Assembly: GCA_030745875.1 (NCBI GenBank) | Contig: JASLNT010000050.1 | Location: 3,115-67,114 of the forward strand | Length of the DNA stretch: 64,000 nt | DNA from: Phycisphaerae bacterium | GTDB taxonomy: Bacteria; Planctomycetota; Phycisphaerae; SM23-33 | Direction of reading: 5' to 3' | In this document: piece by piece, positions 17,043-27,838 of the stretch | Layout of the letters: the number at the start of each line of letters is the position of its first letter | Numbering within the stretch: the stretch's first letter is position 1 | Program-made: the position numbers and the translations under genes | The notes under the pieces: model-generated | What the model was told of the DNA's origin: nothing | Databases searched by the model: none | Seen by the model: only the letters and a program-made list of their open reading frames with translations

Positions 17043-17966
17043 CTATGCCCCGTAGAATGTTTCGACGTTGGCGCCCCTGACGTTCTTTCTTATCGTCGCT
17101 TCCAGTGCGTTCAAGTGCTCATCCGGAAGGGCGGTGACCGAGTCGCTGGGCGGTTTACGAGCTATTGTGTGGAGTTGGACCAGGGATATCTCCCCGCCGG
17201 CGTCAAGTATGTCTCTCAGGCGTCGGCAGTATGCTTCGACCTCGCCCGGCGGAGGACCGGCTCCGTCGATGCGGAACATCAGCGTCTGGATCACCACCGG
17301 CCGCAAACGAGCTATATGCGTGATGTCGGCTACGATATTATCGAGCGTTATGTTTCCGACGGGGCGGTTCACTTGCTGGAAGAATTCTTCGGTGCCCGCG
17401 TCGAGCTTAGCCCATATTTCTCCATTATTCTCGTCGAGAATCGGCAGGGCTCGCTGGAATTGCGGTGAGGCCAGACGCGTTGCATTGGTTATCACCACGA
17501 GTTTGACGTCGTCACAGCGGCAGTCCTTTCGAGCCTTTGCCGCCGTCTCGACCGCCCGGTCGAACTCCTTGGTGCAGGTCGGCTCGCCATCGCCGCTGAA
17601 GGCTATATCGTTGATTCTCCGCAGGTCCGCCGGTGTCCCGAGAAAGCGGGGCTCGTTCCAGAGACGACCGTTGCGGGCTTCTTCAATCGCCATGTGAAGC
17701 TCGTCGTGAAGGATCGCCAGATGCACTTCGCCGAGTTCCCGTCCGCATGTGCGGTCGATCTGACAATATATGCATCCGAACGTGCAGCTCATATCGGGAT
17801 TAATATTGACCCCGATGCTCAGACCCTTGGAGCGTCTGGAAATCACAGGGTATACATAGCGACATTCGCGCCATTGCCTGCGATGATCGGAGATTATTTT
17901 GGCCCTGGAATTGTTGGTTTTCGGTTCCACGATGGCATTATAGTCGTGCTGGTGGGCATACTTCAA
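17043..17966 (-). CDS. radical SAM protein (COG0731-like), specific function unknown
   Basis: C-x3-C-x2-C motif CTFGCIYCQ, preceded by VYPVISRRSKGLSIGVNINP. The ORF begins with TTG, so the start is uncertain. Confidence 0.75.
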   Translation of the reverse strand: MKYAHQHDYNAIVEPKTNNSRAKIISDHRRQWRECRYVYPVISRRSKGLSIGVNINPDMSCTFGCIYCQIDRTCGRELGEVHLAILHDELHMAIEEARNGRLWNEPRFLGTPADLRRINDIAFSGDGEPTCTKEFDRAVETAAKARKDCRCDDVKLVVITNATRLASPQFQRALPILDENNGEIWAKLDAGTEEFFQQVNRPVGNITLDNIVADITHIARLRPVVIQTLMFRIDGAGPPPGEVEAYCRRLRDILDAGGEISLVQLHTIARKPPSDSVTALPDEHLNALEATIRKNVRGANVETFYGA

Positions 17967-18001
17967 ATATCAAGTCGTGCAGGGCTTCCGGGCGGTGTGT
18001 G

Positions 18002-18046
18002 AAAAAATGCAAGCCGCTCGGCAGCTATAGACTGCCGGGCGGCTTG
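18002..18046 (-). terminator. rho-independent terminator downstream of the 18244-20763 gene
   Basis: 13-bp stem (CAAGCCGCTCGGC / GCCGGGCGGCTTG with one G-U pair) and an 11-nt loop. On the minus strand it is followed by TTTTTT (plus-strand A6 at 18002-18007). Confidence 0.55.
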
Positions 18047-18243
18047 AGGGATGTCCGCATAGCCCGCTTTAAGTCAAATGCGGCAGGGGTTCAAAGTGGC
18101 ATCTTTCCGATGCTGCCTGCCGTATGGTATCCATCTCCGGAGGGCTGCGTCTTCCAAGTACAGTATATACTACAATCGCAAAATCCGGGGTGCTGTTTTT
18201 GCTTTTTATGCCAAATTTCCAACAAATTCACGCCGATCCAGGG

Positions 18244-20763
18244 TTATTTTCCGTTATTGGGCGCCGAGCCTGTGCTGAAGCGGAAGCGACGCATGGTTTG
18301 CTTGTCGGATGGTGAGTCCAGGGATGTGCTATAGGTGATCTCCCACGTGCGTGATTCGGGGTTGTAGTCGCACTGGGCGAAGCGTGTCGACCGCCATTTT
18401 CCGCCCTCCGACACCTCCAGTTTCGGGTTCCTGTAGTCTGTAAGTCCGGAAATTGTCATCGGAACATAACCCAATCCTCCGGTGACCGTGAATTCCGCCT
18501 GATTGTCGCGCGCCTGGACCATTGTGGGGCGAGTGCGCACGAGCTTCCCGACTGCGACTTTCACCGACAGATCGTTGCCGACGGCTTCTCGGCGTATCAT
18601 CCGCCACGTATCGGCTCCGGCGCCCAGGGCGGTGCGCAAATTCTTGTTCGGACCGTAGTAATCCTTCGCAAATTGCGGGACCGCGACATGCTCGATCACG
18701 GCGCGAACGTAGTCTCCCGGAAGCAACTCCTTGACTCCGGGCGGGGGGATTATGTCAATCAGTGACGTGTTGCGTCCGCGCACCCTGGCTCCGCGTTCCG
18801 CGGCCCATGGTTCGGCGGGCTTTCCGCCCAGTTTCGCCTCCCAACTGCGGATGATAATCCCGCGGTTGGCCCAGGCGCCCCGGTCGTCCTTGCGCCTGAC
18901 GGCTTGGTGCATCGATATCCAGGCGGCGCGCCCTTCGAGTTTCACTGGTTTGGTCTTGTACACGCCTCCGCCCCAACTCGTGTTCCATTCGGCGGCTAGT
19001 CCGGTTTTGTCGCCGCGTGCGAACTTTTTCTCACCGGTGTAGCTGTAGTTGTCTCCCCCGCACTGGAAGAACACCATGCGTTGGAACTTCGCCGGTTTGC
19101 GGACATCGTAGTTGAACTGGTAGACGCCGCGCGTGATGTCGTCGGTGCGGTACAGGCTTGTCGTGTATTGCAGGTCGATCTTGTCGTCGTGCGTTCGTCC
19201 TGCGTAGGTTACTTCGGTCAGGACGGGGCAGTTGCGGCGATGAAGTGTTCTCATACGCGAATGTCGCTGTTTGATTCCCCCCGTGTCGTAGTAGACCAGG
19301 AAGTCGGCCCCGCCGACGTTGTGCGTCCATCCCCACTTGCGTTTGGGCTTGTCGCCCATTGCATAGACCATCAGCGGGCGCGTGTCGAGTACGGACCCTC
19401 CGCGCTGACCGTGGTCGGGTTCGAAGCAGATCGACTCGCCCCATGATCCTATCGCCGCTTCCTCCCACAATTGATTGCCTCCCCATCCGACCAGGCACAA
19501 CTGTGCGTGAGAAACCGCCGGAACTCCGCCGAAATGCGCGCCCACGCTGACATACTCCATCTTCAGGGTCGTCCGGGCCGGGACTGTCAGCATGGTAAGT
19601 CCGCGAAACCACGGACCCTTGTGTCGTCCGGGTTTTCCGGTGTGCCAGTTCTTGGACAGTTGAACCGGCAGGCCTGTGGGATTTCCGTCGGCGTCCCGGA
19701 TAAACGCAGATACGCCCGTGATGCCGATAGTGTGCTTCTTGCCAAAACAAAGCCTGACGATTCGTGGTCGGTCGGCGGTGTTGGTTAGCGTAAGGGCTAC
19801 TCGTTCGACGCGGTTGTTCCGTCCGTCGGAGGAGCGGTCGGTCTGATCGTTTCGCAAACTCACGTAATGCCATCCGTACTCGGGATCGTAGGCGACGTTA
19901 AGATTGGCTTTGGTGGGGTGGGTCTGGGCGGCTGTCGCTTTCACAGGCGTCTGCTCGTCCGTTGCGGCGTTCCTGACCAGCGCAGACACCCCGGCGCCGC
20001 TGGGATAAAGAACCACTCCGATCTTCTTCTCCGTTCCCGCGGTCCAGCCGCCGATCTGCAGGCGAAACGAGCACGTTTTTCCGTGCGCCCCGCGTCCGAC
20101 GGCCGATGGATTCGTCGGAAACAGCACCACGCCGCAGTCGCCCGGACCGGCCAGGGAAAATACTTTTCCGCCCGATAACCTGCCTCCGTGTTTCAACGTG
20201 ACTGTCATTTCCAGCGCGCCGTCGGTGATGTTTGCTCCCGGCGTGACGCGGAGAAGCAGCAGCAATCTGTCCGGCCAGGCTGCGATCTCCATTTCGCTAT
20301 TGGTTCTCGGCGCTCCCTTGTCCCACGCTACGTTAGTCAGGCAGCGTCGCTGGAAGAAACGTCCGGACTCGATCAACTGGCAGTCGGCGGTGTCCACCCG
20401 CTTGCGTTCCGCGATGCGAAACTGGCGCCCGTCGGCGTGAAGCGTGCACTCAAGGTCAATGTCGCTCTTGTCGAATAACTTCCGATTACTCATGACCAGC
20501 GCCTTGGACATTGCGGGCGCGTGGGCCAGCGGCGTAACGTGGGTCAGATTCATCTTCCCGTAGTCAAACGACAGTGCGTAGCGGCTGGTCTGGATATTGA
20601 ATACCTTCGCCTTATCGCCCAGACCGTTGGCCCACCACATGTAAGTGTAGTCTGACGCGTTAGCCAGCACGGATCGCCTGATGTCGTCTCCGTCGCACGG
20701 ACAGGCCGCCGAACCTATAACGATAATCGCCAGGAACCCGACCGGGAGTATTCTCGTTCTCAC
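18244..20763 (-). CDS. large secreted protein of unknown family
   Basis: The long ORF has coding-like composition throughout. GTG 20763 is preceded by GAGAGGTG and gives MRTRILPVGFLAIIVIGSAA, which looks like a signal peptide. I recognise no catalytic motif. Confidence 0.7.
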   Translation of the reverse strand: MRTRILPVGFLAIIVIGSAACPCDGDDIRRSVLANASDYTYMWWANGLGDKAKVFNIQTSRYALSFDYGKMNLTHVTPLAHAPAMSKALVMSNRKLFDKSDIDLECTLHADGRQFRIAERKRVDTADCQLIESGRFFQRRCLTNVAWDKGAPRTNSEMEIAAWPDRLLLLLRVTPGANITDGALEMTVTLKHGGRLSGGKVFSLAGPGDCGVVLFPTNPSAVGRGAHGKTCSFRLQIGGWTAGTEKKIGVVLYPSGAGVSALVRNAATDEQTPVKATAAQTHPTKANLNVAYDPEYGWHYVSLRNDQTDRSSDGRNNRVERVALTLTNTADRPRIVRLCFGKKHTIGITGVSAFIRDADGNPTGLPVQLSKNWHTGKPGRHKGPWFRGLTMLTVPARTTLKMEYVSVGAHFGGVPAVSHAQLCLVGWGGNQLWEEAAIGSWGESICFEPDHGQRGGSVLDTRPLMVYAMGDKPKRKWGWTHNVGGADFLVYYDTGGIKQRHSRMRTLHRRNCPVLTEVTYAGRTHDDKIDLQYTTSLYRTDDITRGVYQFNYDVRKPAKFQRMVFFQCGGDNYSYTGEKKFARGDKTGLAAEWNTSWGGGVYKTKPVKLEGRAAWISMHQAVRRKDDRGAWANRGIIIRSWEAKLGGKPAEPWAAERGARVRGRNTSLIDIIPPPGVKELLPGDYVRAVIEHVAVPQFAKDYYGPNKNLRTALGAGADTWRMIRREAVGNDLSVKVAVGKLVRTRPTMVQARDNQAEFTVTGGLGYVPMTISGLTDYRNPKLEVSEGGKWRSTRFAQCDYNPESRTWEITYSTSLDSPSDKQTMRRFRFSTGSAPNNGK

Positions 20764-20958
20764 TGCAAACACCTCTCTGGCAAGACTATTGCCCAATGGC
20801 GCGATTGGCAAGGGCTAACGTGTAAGTGTATCCGAAGCGGGGATGGTTACAGTGTGTTGTAGTGGTTTTTGCGATAGCGTGAATGTAGGATTGTCAGGAA
20901 CATAATGGTTTGGTCGGGCGTCCAAGTCTGCGTGTCGGATGGACCCGGGAGCAGTCAA

Positions 20959-22647
20959 ATGATGCGGTGTTTTGTAATTATTCTGGCGGTTTGTTCGCAG
21001 GCGGCAGCGGCGGAGCCTGATGGATTCGGCGTCAACAAGGGGCTCGTGCTGCACCTTACGTTCGACAAGGCCGGCAAGCAGGCGATCGACAAGAGTCCGA
21101 AAAAGAACCATGCGGCGGTCCATAACGCCAAGTTCGTTGAGAAAGGCAGGTTCGGCGGGGCTTTCAGTCTGGACGGAAAGGGCGACTACCTTCGCGTTCC
21201 CAACAGCCCCAGCATCGAGATTCGCCGCCAGTTGACGGTGGCTGTCTGGGTCAAACTGCATTCGTTCAATCCCAAGGGTTACGCAAACGAGAACGGTTAT
21301 ATCGTCAACAAGGGGGATGACTACTGGTGGAATCCGGCGTTTGGGTTGGGGTATTCAAAGGGTGCTCACAACGCCCTGTTTCACATCGGCAGCCCCACCG
21401 CCCGCCGGACAGGAATAAGATCGCTACGGGGCGTTACGAAGCTCCAGCCGGGAAAGTGGTATCATCTTGTCGGTGCGTACGACGGCGCCGAGGCCAGGTT
21501 ATACGTCAACGGGAAGCTCGAGAAGACCCAGCCGTTCAAGGGCCTTATTCGGGCCGACAAGGCTCCCGTGCTGCTGGGCGGGGGGCATCTCGGCAGTGGG
21601 GAGTGGGGCAACCAGTTCACCATCGACGCCACCATAGACAGCGTAATGATCTGGAATCGCGCCCTGGGCGACGATGAAGTGCGATCTGTTGCGATCGGCG
21701 CCCCCGTGGGCGTTCCGTTTATCTCACGCGGGGCGAAATTGGATCGCGTTGTGTTGCTGGATGGTAAGAGCGTGTTCTTCGGTAAGATTAACAATAAACG
21801 CTACGTCCTGACGACAAGGCGGGGGAAAATCGAGATCCCGGCTTCGCGGGTGATCGGGATCGTCGTCCACACGGAAGACAAGAACGATACTCTGCGTATT
21901 GTGCTGACAGACTCGCAGGTGCTTTGCGGCAAACTCGAAAACCAGAAACTCGAGATAGACATGTCAGGGTCGAAGCTCAGTATTCCTTTCGAAAATGTTG
22001 AGGAGTGCGGATATCGGATGAGCGCCGATAGATCTATCAGTTCACGGTTCTCCGGAACGATGGTGTCCCTGCGAGACGGTCAAAGGCTTCTGCTGCCCGA
22101 GTTCAAGACGAAACTGCATATAACCACCGGCTACTGCAAAGCGGACCTTCCTCCGGCGAGTATAGTCATGATTCGGGCAGCCGACGTGCAGTGTTTCTCC
22201 CATGTGGTGATTCTGCGCAACGGATCGAGGTTTTCGGGCGTGCTCGGCCCGAAGAAGTGGACGGCAAGGGCCGCTATTGGCGATAAGCTGGAGATCGGGG
22301 AGAGGCAGTTGCTTGCGCTGACATCCGGGGGCGTCAAGTCGATCAAACCCGCCGGAGGCGTCACGATGAAGATGCTCAATGGCGACACTCTCTATGGAAA
22401 ACTGACCGCCAAGACCATCGCCATCCGAACGGAATTCGGAGAGGTGTCGCCCGACGCTGCGGGTGTCAAATCGATCGTGGTAAGCCCCAAAGGCGCTCCG
22501 CCCGCCGTGATGACGATGTGGTCCGGCGCAGCCTACCGAGGCCGATTTGCAGACAAACAGTTGTCTCTGGCTCTATCGCCCGGCGGACCGACGGTGAAAG
22601 TATCGTCGGCTAGGATCGCCTCGATAATCTGGACGCCGCTGAAGTAA
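20959..22647 (+). CDS. secreted LamG (concanavalin-A-like lectin) domain protein with six C-terminal ~55-60-aa repeats
   Basis: ATG 20959 lies after GGGAG. Signal peptide MMRCFVIILAVCSQAAAA. The LamG pattern is GLVLHLTFD...GGAFSLDGKGDYLRVPNS...LTVAVWVK...WYHLVGAYDGAEARLYVNGKL...IDSVMIWNRAL. Confidence 0.8.
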   Translation: MMRCFVIILAVCSQAAAAEPDGFGVNKGLVLHLTFDKAGKQAIDKSPKKNHAAVHNAKFVEKGRFGGAFSLDGKGDYLRVPNSPSIEIRRQLTVAVWVKLHSFNPKGYANENGYIVNKGDDYWWNPAFGLGYSKGAHNALFHIGSPTARRTGIRSLRGVTKLQPGKWYHLVGAYDGAEARLYVNGKLEKTQPFKGLIRADKAPVLLGGGHLGSGEWGNQFTIDATIDSVMIWNRALGDDEVRSVAIGAPVGVPFISRGAKLDRVVLLDGKSVFFGKINNKRYVLTTRRGKIEIPASRVIGIVVHTEDKNDTLRIVLTDSQVLCGKLENQKLEIDMSGSKLSIPFENVEECGYRMSADRSISSRFSGTMVSLRDGQRLLLPEFKTKLHITTGYCKADLPPASIVMIRAADVQCFSHVVILRNGSRFSGVLGPKKWTARAAIGDKLEIGERQLLALTSGGVKSIKPAGGVTMKMLNGDTLYGKLTAKTIAIRTEFGEVSPDAAGVKSIVVSPKGAPPAVMTMWSGAAYRGRFADKQLSLALSPGGPTVKVSSARIASIIWTPLK

Positions 22648-22648
22648 T

Positions 22649-23779
22649 CTAGCGTTTGCAGTTTATCGGCTCGTCGGATACTTCCGTTTTCTCGTCGCGC
22701 AGATGTTTTCCGAGAAACGCTTTGACCCGCTCCTGCGTTTCGGGCTGTTTGAATCCTCCGTGTCCGGCGTCGATCATCTTAATGAAAATCGAGGGTACGC
22801 CCGCTTTAGACAGGGTTTCGTGGATACGCTCGCCCTGGTTGAACGGGACGGTCTGGTCTTTCGTACCGTGCATCGTCAGAACGGGCGCATCGCCTTTCGA
22901 TACGTGCGTTACCGGCGATGCGTTGCGGGCGGCGGCCTTGTTCTTGTGGATGGCTCCGCCGAGGAGTTTCGCTTCCGGCGAGTCCGGCGCGTCGTGCTTC
23001 AATCGGCTGGGATACTTGCCTATCGTCAACATATCCGTTGGTCCGAACCAATTTACGACGCATGTGATGCGGCTGTCGAATTTGAGGTTCTTTCCGATCT
23101 TGCCCTCGAGTTCCTTGACGTCTCCCGATACGCCCAGCATCGCCGCCAAATGCCCGCCCGCCGACGTGCCCCAGACTGCGATGCGGTCGGGGTTGAGATT
23201 GTGTTTCTTCGCGTTGGCTTTGAGGTGGCGGATGGCGGCTTTACAGTCGTGAATCTGCGCCGGCCAGATCGCTTCTTTGCTCAGCCGATATCCGATCGAT
23301 GCGCCCGCGTATTGACCCGATTCGACGAACGGGGCGACCATTCGCATTCCGCCGGATTTGTTGCCCGCACGCCAGGCTCCGCCGTGAATGAACACCACCA
23401 ACGGAAGAGGTTTGTCGGACTTGCGGGTCTTGGGCAGGAACAGATCGAGGGTCTGGCGAGGATTGTCATTGGCGGCGTAGGATATGTCGCGGATGGCGTT
23501 TATGTTTTTGTTCTGCGGTCTGCGATTATTGCGACGCCCTCGAGACAGGAAGTCCAGGTGCTCCTTTACGGAGATAAACCCGTTCTTGTCCGTATCGACC
23601 CGGTCGAAATTCCTCCGCGGACCTTCGGGCAGTTCGTCGCGCGAGAGCTTGAGATCTGAGTTGCGATCCCATTTCTTGAACAAGGCGTTGGGTTTGGGGG
23701 TTTTGTCGGCGGCCTGTATTGGTGTCGAATGTGACAGGCATGCGGTTAGCAACGCGGTAATCGTTAGAATTCTGGTCAT
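22649..23779 (-). CDS. secreted alpha/beta-hydrolase (esterase/lipase-type) with N-terminal EF-hand pair
   Basis: Signal peptide present. EF-hand-like DRNSDLKLSRDEL and DTDKNGFISVKEHL. Oxyanion region VFIHGGAW, nucleophile elbow GTSAGGH, and C-terminal DAGHGG. Confidence 0.8.
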   Translation of the reverse strand: MTRILTITALLTACLSHSTPIQAADKTPKPNALFKKWDRNSDLKLSRDELPEGPRRNFDRVDTDKNGFISVKEHLDFLSRGRRNNRRPQNKNINAIRDISYAANDNPRQTLDLFLPKTRKSDKPLPLVVFIHGGAWRAGNKSGGMRMVAPFVESGQYAGASIGYRLSKEAIWPAQIHDCKAAIRHLKANAKKHNLNPDRIAVWGTSAGGHLAAMLGVSGDVKELEGKIGKNLKFDSRITCVVNWFGPTDMLTIGKYPSRLKHDAPDSPEAKLLGGAIHKNKAAARNASPVTHVSKGDAPVLTMHGTKDQTVPFNQGERIHETLSKAGVPSIFIKMIDAGHGGFKQPETQERVKAFLGKHLRDEKTEVSDEPINCKR

Positions 23780-23910
23780 GGGATTTCTCCTGGCGCAGAC
23801 GATAGTATCGGTTCATCAAGATGCTTCCGCAAGGATAGTAACTTGTGCGGGAGAAAGGTAACATTGAAATACATTTCGCTCGTGGAACTTCCCAACGGTA
23901 CAATCGGCGG

Positions 23911-24843
23911 ATGGTTTCTCCGGATGCAGAACTCACCGCTGTGGTTTGCGACCTCGCGATTGAGGTCGGTTTTTCACGCGCCGGGGTCGCGCCGGCCGGT
24001 GATTTGGGCTGTAGCGAGAAGTTCGACGAGTGGGTGGCGCGGGGTTGGCATGCGGATATGACGTATATGGGACTGCACGAGTCTAAACGCAGACGTCCCG
24101 ATCTACTGGTTCCCGGAGCCGTTAGCGTGCTTTCCCTGGCGGTGGGATATGCTCCGGACGGCGAGGATTCAACTGAGGGCGCCCCGGGATACATTGCACG
24201 GTTCGCACGTGGACGGGACTATCACAAGGTGCTCAAGCGTTGGTGCCGCGAACTAATGGACCGTCTGTGCGAGATTGCCCCGGACTTTGCCGGGCGCGCG
24301 TTTGTGGACACCGCACCGGTTATGGAGCGGTCGCTGGCGGCTGCGGCCGGGCTGGGCTGGATCGGGCGGAACGGATGTCTGATAGTCGATGGGCTGGGCA
24401 GTTACGTGGTGCTTTGCGAGATAGTATCAAATCTTCCGCTGGTCCCCGGGAGTCCGGTCGAGCGGGCGTGCGATGAGTGTGACGCATGTATCCGGGCCTG
24501 CCCGACGGGCGCTCTCGATGCCGACGGCCTGGTCGACTCGCGAAAGTGCCTCAGTTATCTGACGATTGAGCATCGCGGGCCTGCGACTGAGGAGATGATA
24601 AGCTGCAATCGCAGTCTGTACGGATGCGATCTCTGCCAGGAAGCCTGCCCGCATAACAGCGACCTCACGCCCGGTGATGACGAACTGATATCGTGGAACG
24701 GTCCGGAGATCAGGTTGGCTGACGTAGGGGGCTGGACCGCCGAGGATTGGGACATCGCCACGCGCGGACGGGCGATCAGGCGTGCGAAATACGACATGTT
24801 CATTCGGAACGCCGTGACCGCTGCGGCGCGACTCGTCGAGTGA
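23911..24843 (+). CDS. queG: tRNA epoxyqueuosine(34) reductase QueG
   Basis: Ferredoxin-type motifs CDECDACIRACPTGAL and CDLCQEACPHN, plus the CLSYLTIEHRG block typical of QueG. The start was trimmed to ATG 23911. Confidence 0.85.
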   Translation: MVSPDAELTAVVCDLAIEVGFSRAGVAPAGDLGCSEKFDEWVARGWHADMTYMGLHESKRRRPDLLVPGAVSVLSLAVGYAPDGEDSTEGAPGYIARFARGRDYHKVLKRWCRELMDRLCEIAPDFAGRAFVDTAPVMERSLAAAAGLGWIGRNGCLIVDGLGSYVVLCEIVSNLPLVPGSPVERACDECDACIRACPTGALDADGLVDSRKCLSYLTIEHRGPATEEMISCNRSLYGCDLCQEACPHNSDLTPGDDELISWNGPEIRLADVGGWTAEDWDIATRGRAIRRAKYDMFIRNAVTAAARLVE

Positions 24844-24912
24844 TTCGGATTTGACTCCGGCCGCATAAACGCGGTATAAGGACCAAACTACCGTTCAAGC
24901 AGGATTAACACC

Positions 24913-25500
24913 ATGACCGACAACGCAAAACCAGACAAGAAAATCGATATCGACGCGATCAGCCAGGCAGTCAGACAGATATTGCTGGCGGTAGGGGAGG
25001 ATCCCGACCGCCAGGGCCTTAAGGACACTCCAAATCGCGTCGCCAGAATGTACGCTGAATTGTTCAGCGGGATGGACCAGGACGCCGGGAAGCACCTGAA
25101 GGTCCACTTCGACGAGCAATACGACGAGATGGTTGTCCTGCGCGATATCCCGTTCTATTCGGTCTGCGAGCATCACCTCCTGCCGTTCATGGGCAAGGCG
25201 CACGTGGCGTATCTTCCGGACGGTAAGGTTGTGGGCATATCGAAACTCGCTCGCGTGGTCGACACGTTCGCCCACCGACCGCAGGTGCAGGAGCGCCTGA
25301 CCTGCCAGATAGCCGACGCGCTCATGGATCAGCTCAACGCGCGCGGAGTGGGTGTTATTATCGAAGCCACTCACACGTGCATGACGATCCGAGGCGTAAA
25401 AAAACCTAACGCCGAAATGGTTACCTCGGTAATGCGAGGCCTGTTCAAATCGAATCTCGCCACACGCACCGAAGCTATGAAGCTGCTGACCGGCAGGTGA
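24913..25500 (+). CDS. folE: GTP cyclohydrolase I (FolE type 1)
   Basis: 195 aa. [22 protein letters not shown]...RPQVQERLT matches the FolE active-site block. Confidence 0.92.
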   Translation: MTDNAKPDKKIDIDAISQAVRQILLAVGEDPDRQGLKDTPNRVARMYAELFSGMDQDAGKHLKVHFDEQYDEMVVLRDIPFYSVCEHHLLPFMGKAHVAYLPDGKVVGISKLARVVDTFAHRPQVQERLTCQIADALMDQLNARGVGVIIEATHTCMTIRGVKKPNAEMVTSVMRGLFKSNLATRTEAMKLLTGR

Positions 25501-25574
25501 TGACGAGCACCGGCGCAAACCCCAGTTTCCCGATTTGCGTTTTGTTCCCGTGCGTAACTTGCCGAGGAAATTAA

Positions 25575-27824
<2,250 letters not shown>

Positions 27825-27838
27825 GAAGGTTTGTCTTC

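Noticed and set aside
22656-23659. Plus-strand ORFs 22656..23252 and 22703..23659 (318 aa) opposite the EF-hand esterase.
   Set aside because: They are shadows of a gene with a clear HGG / G-x-S-x-G esterase signature.
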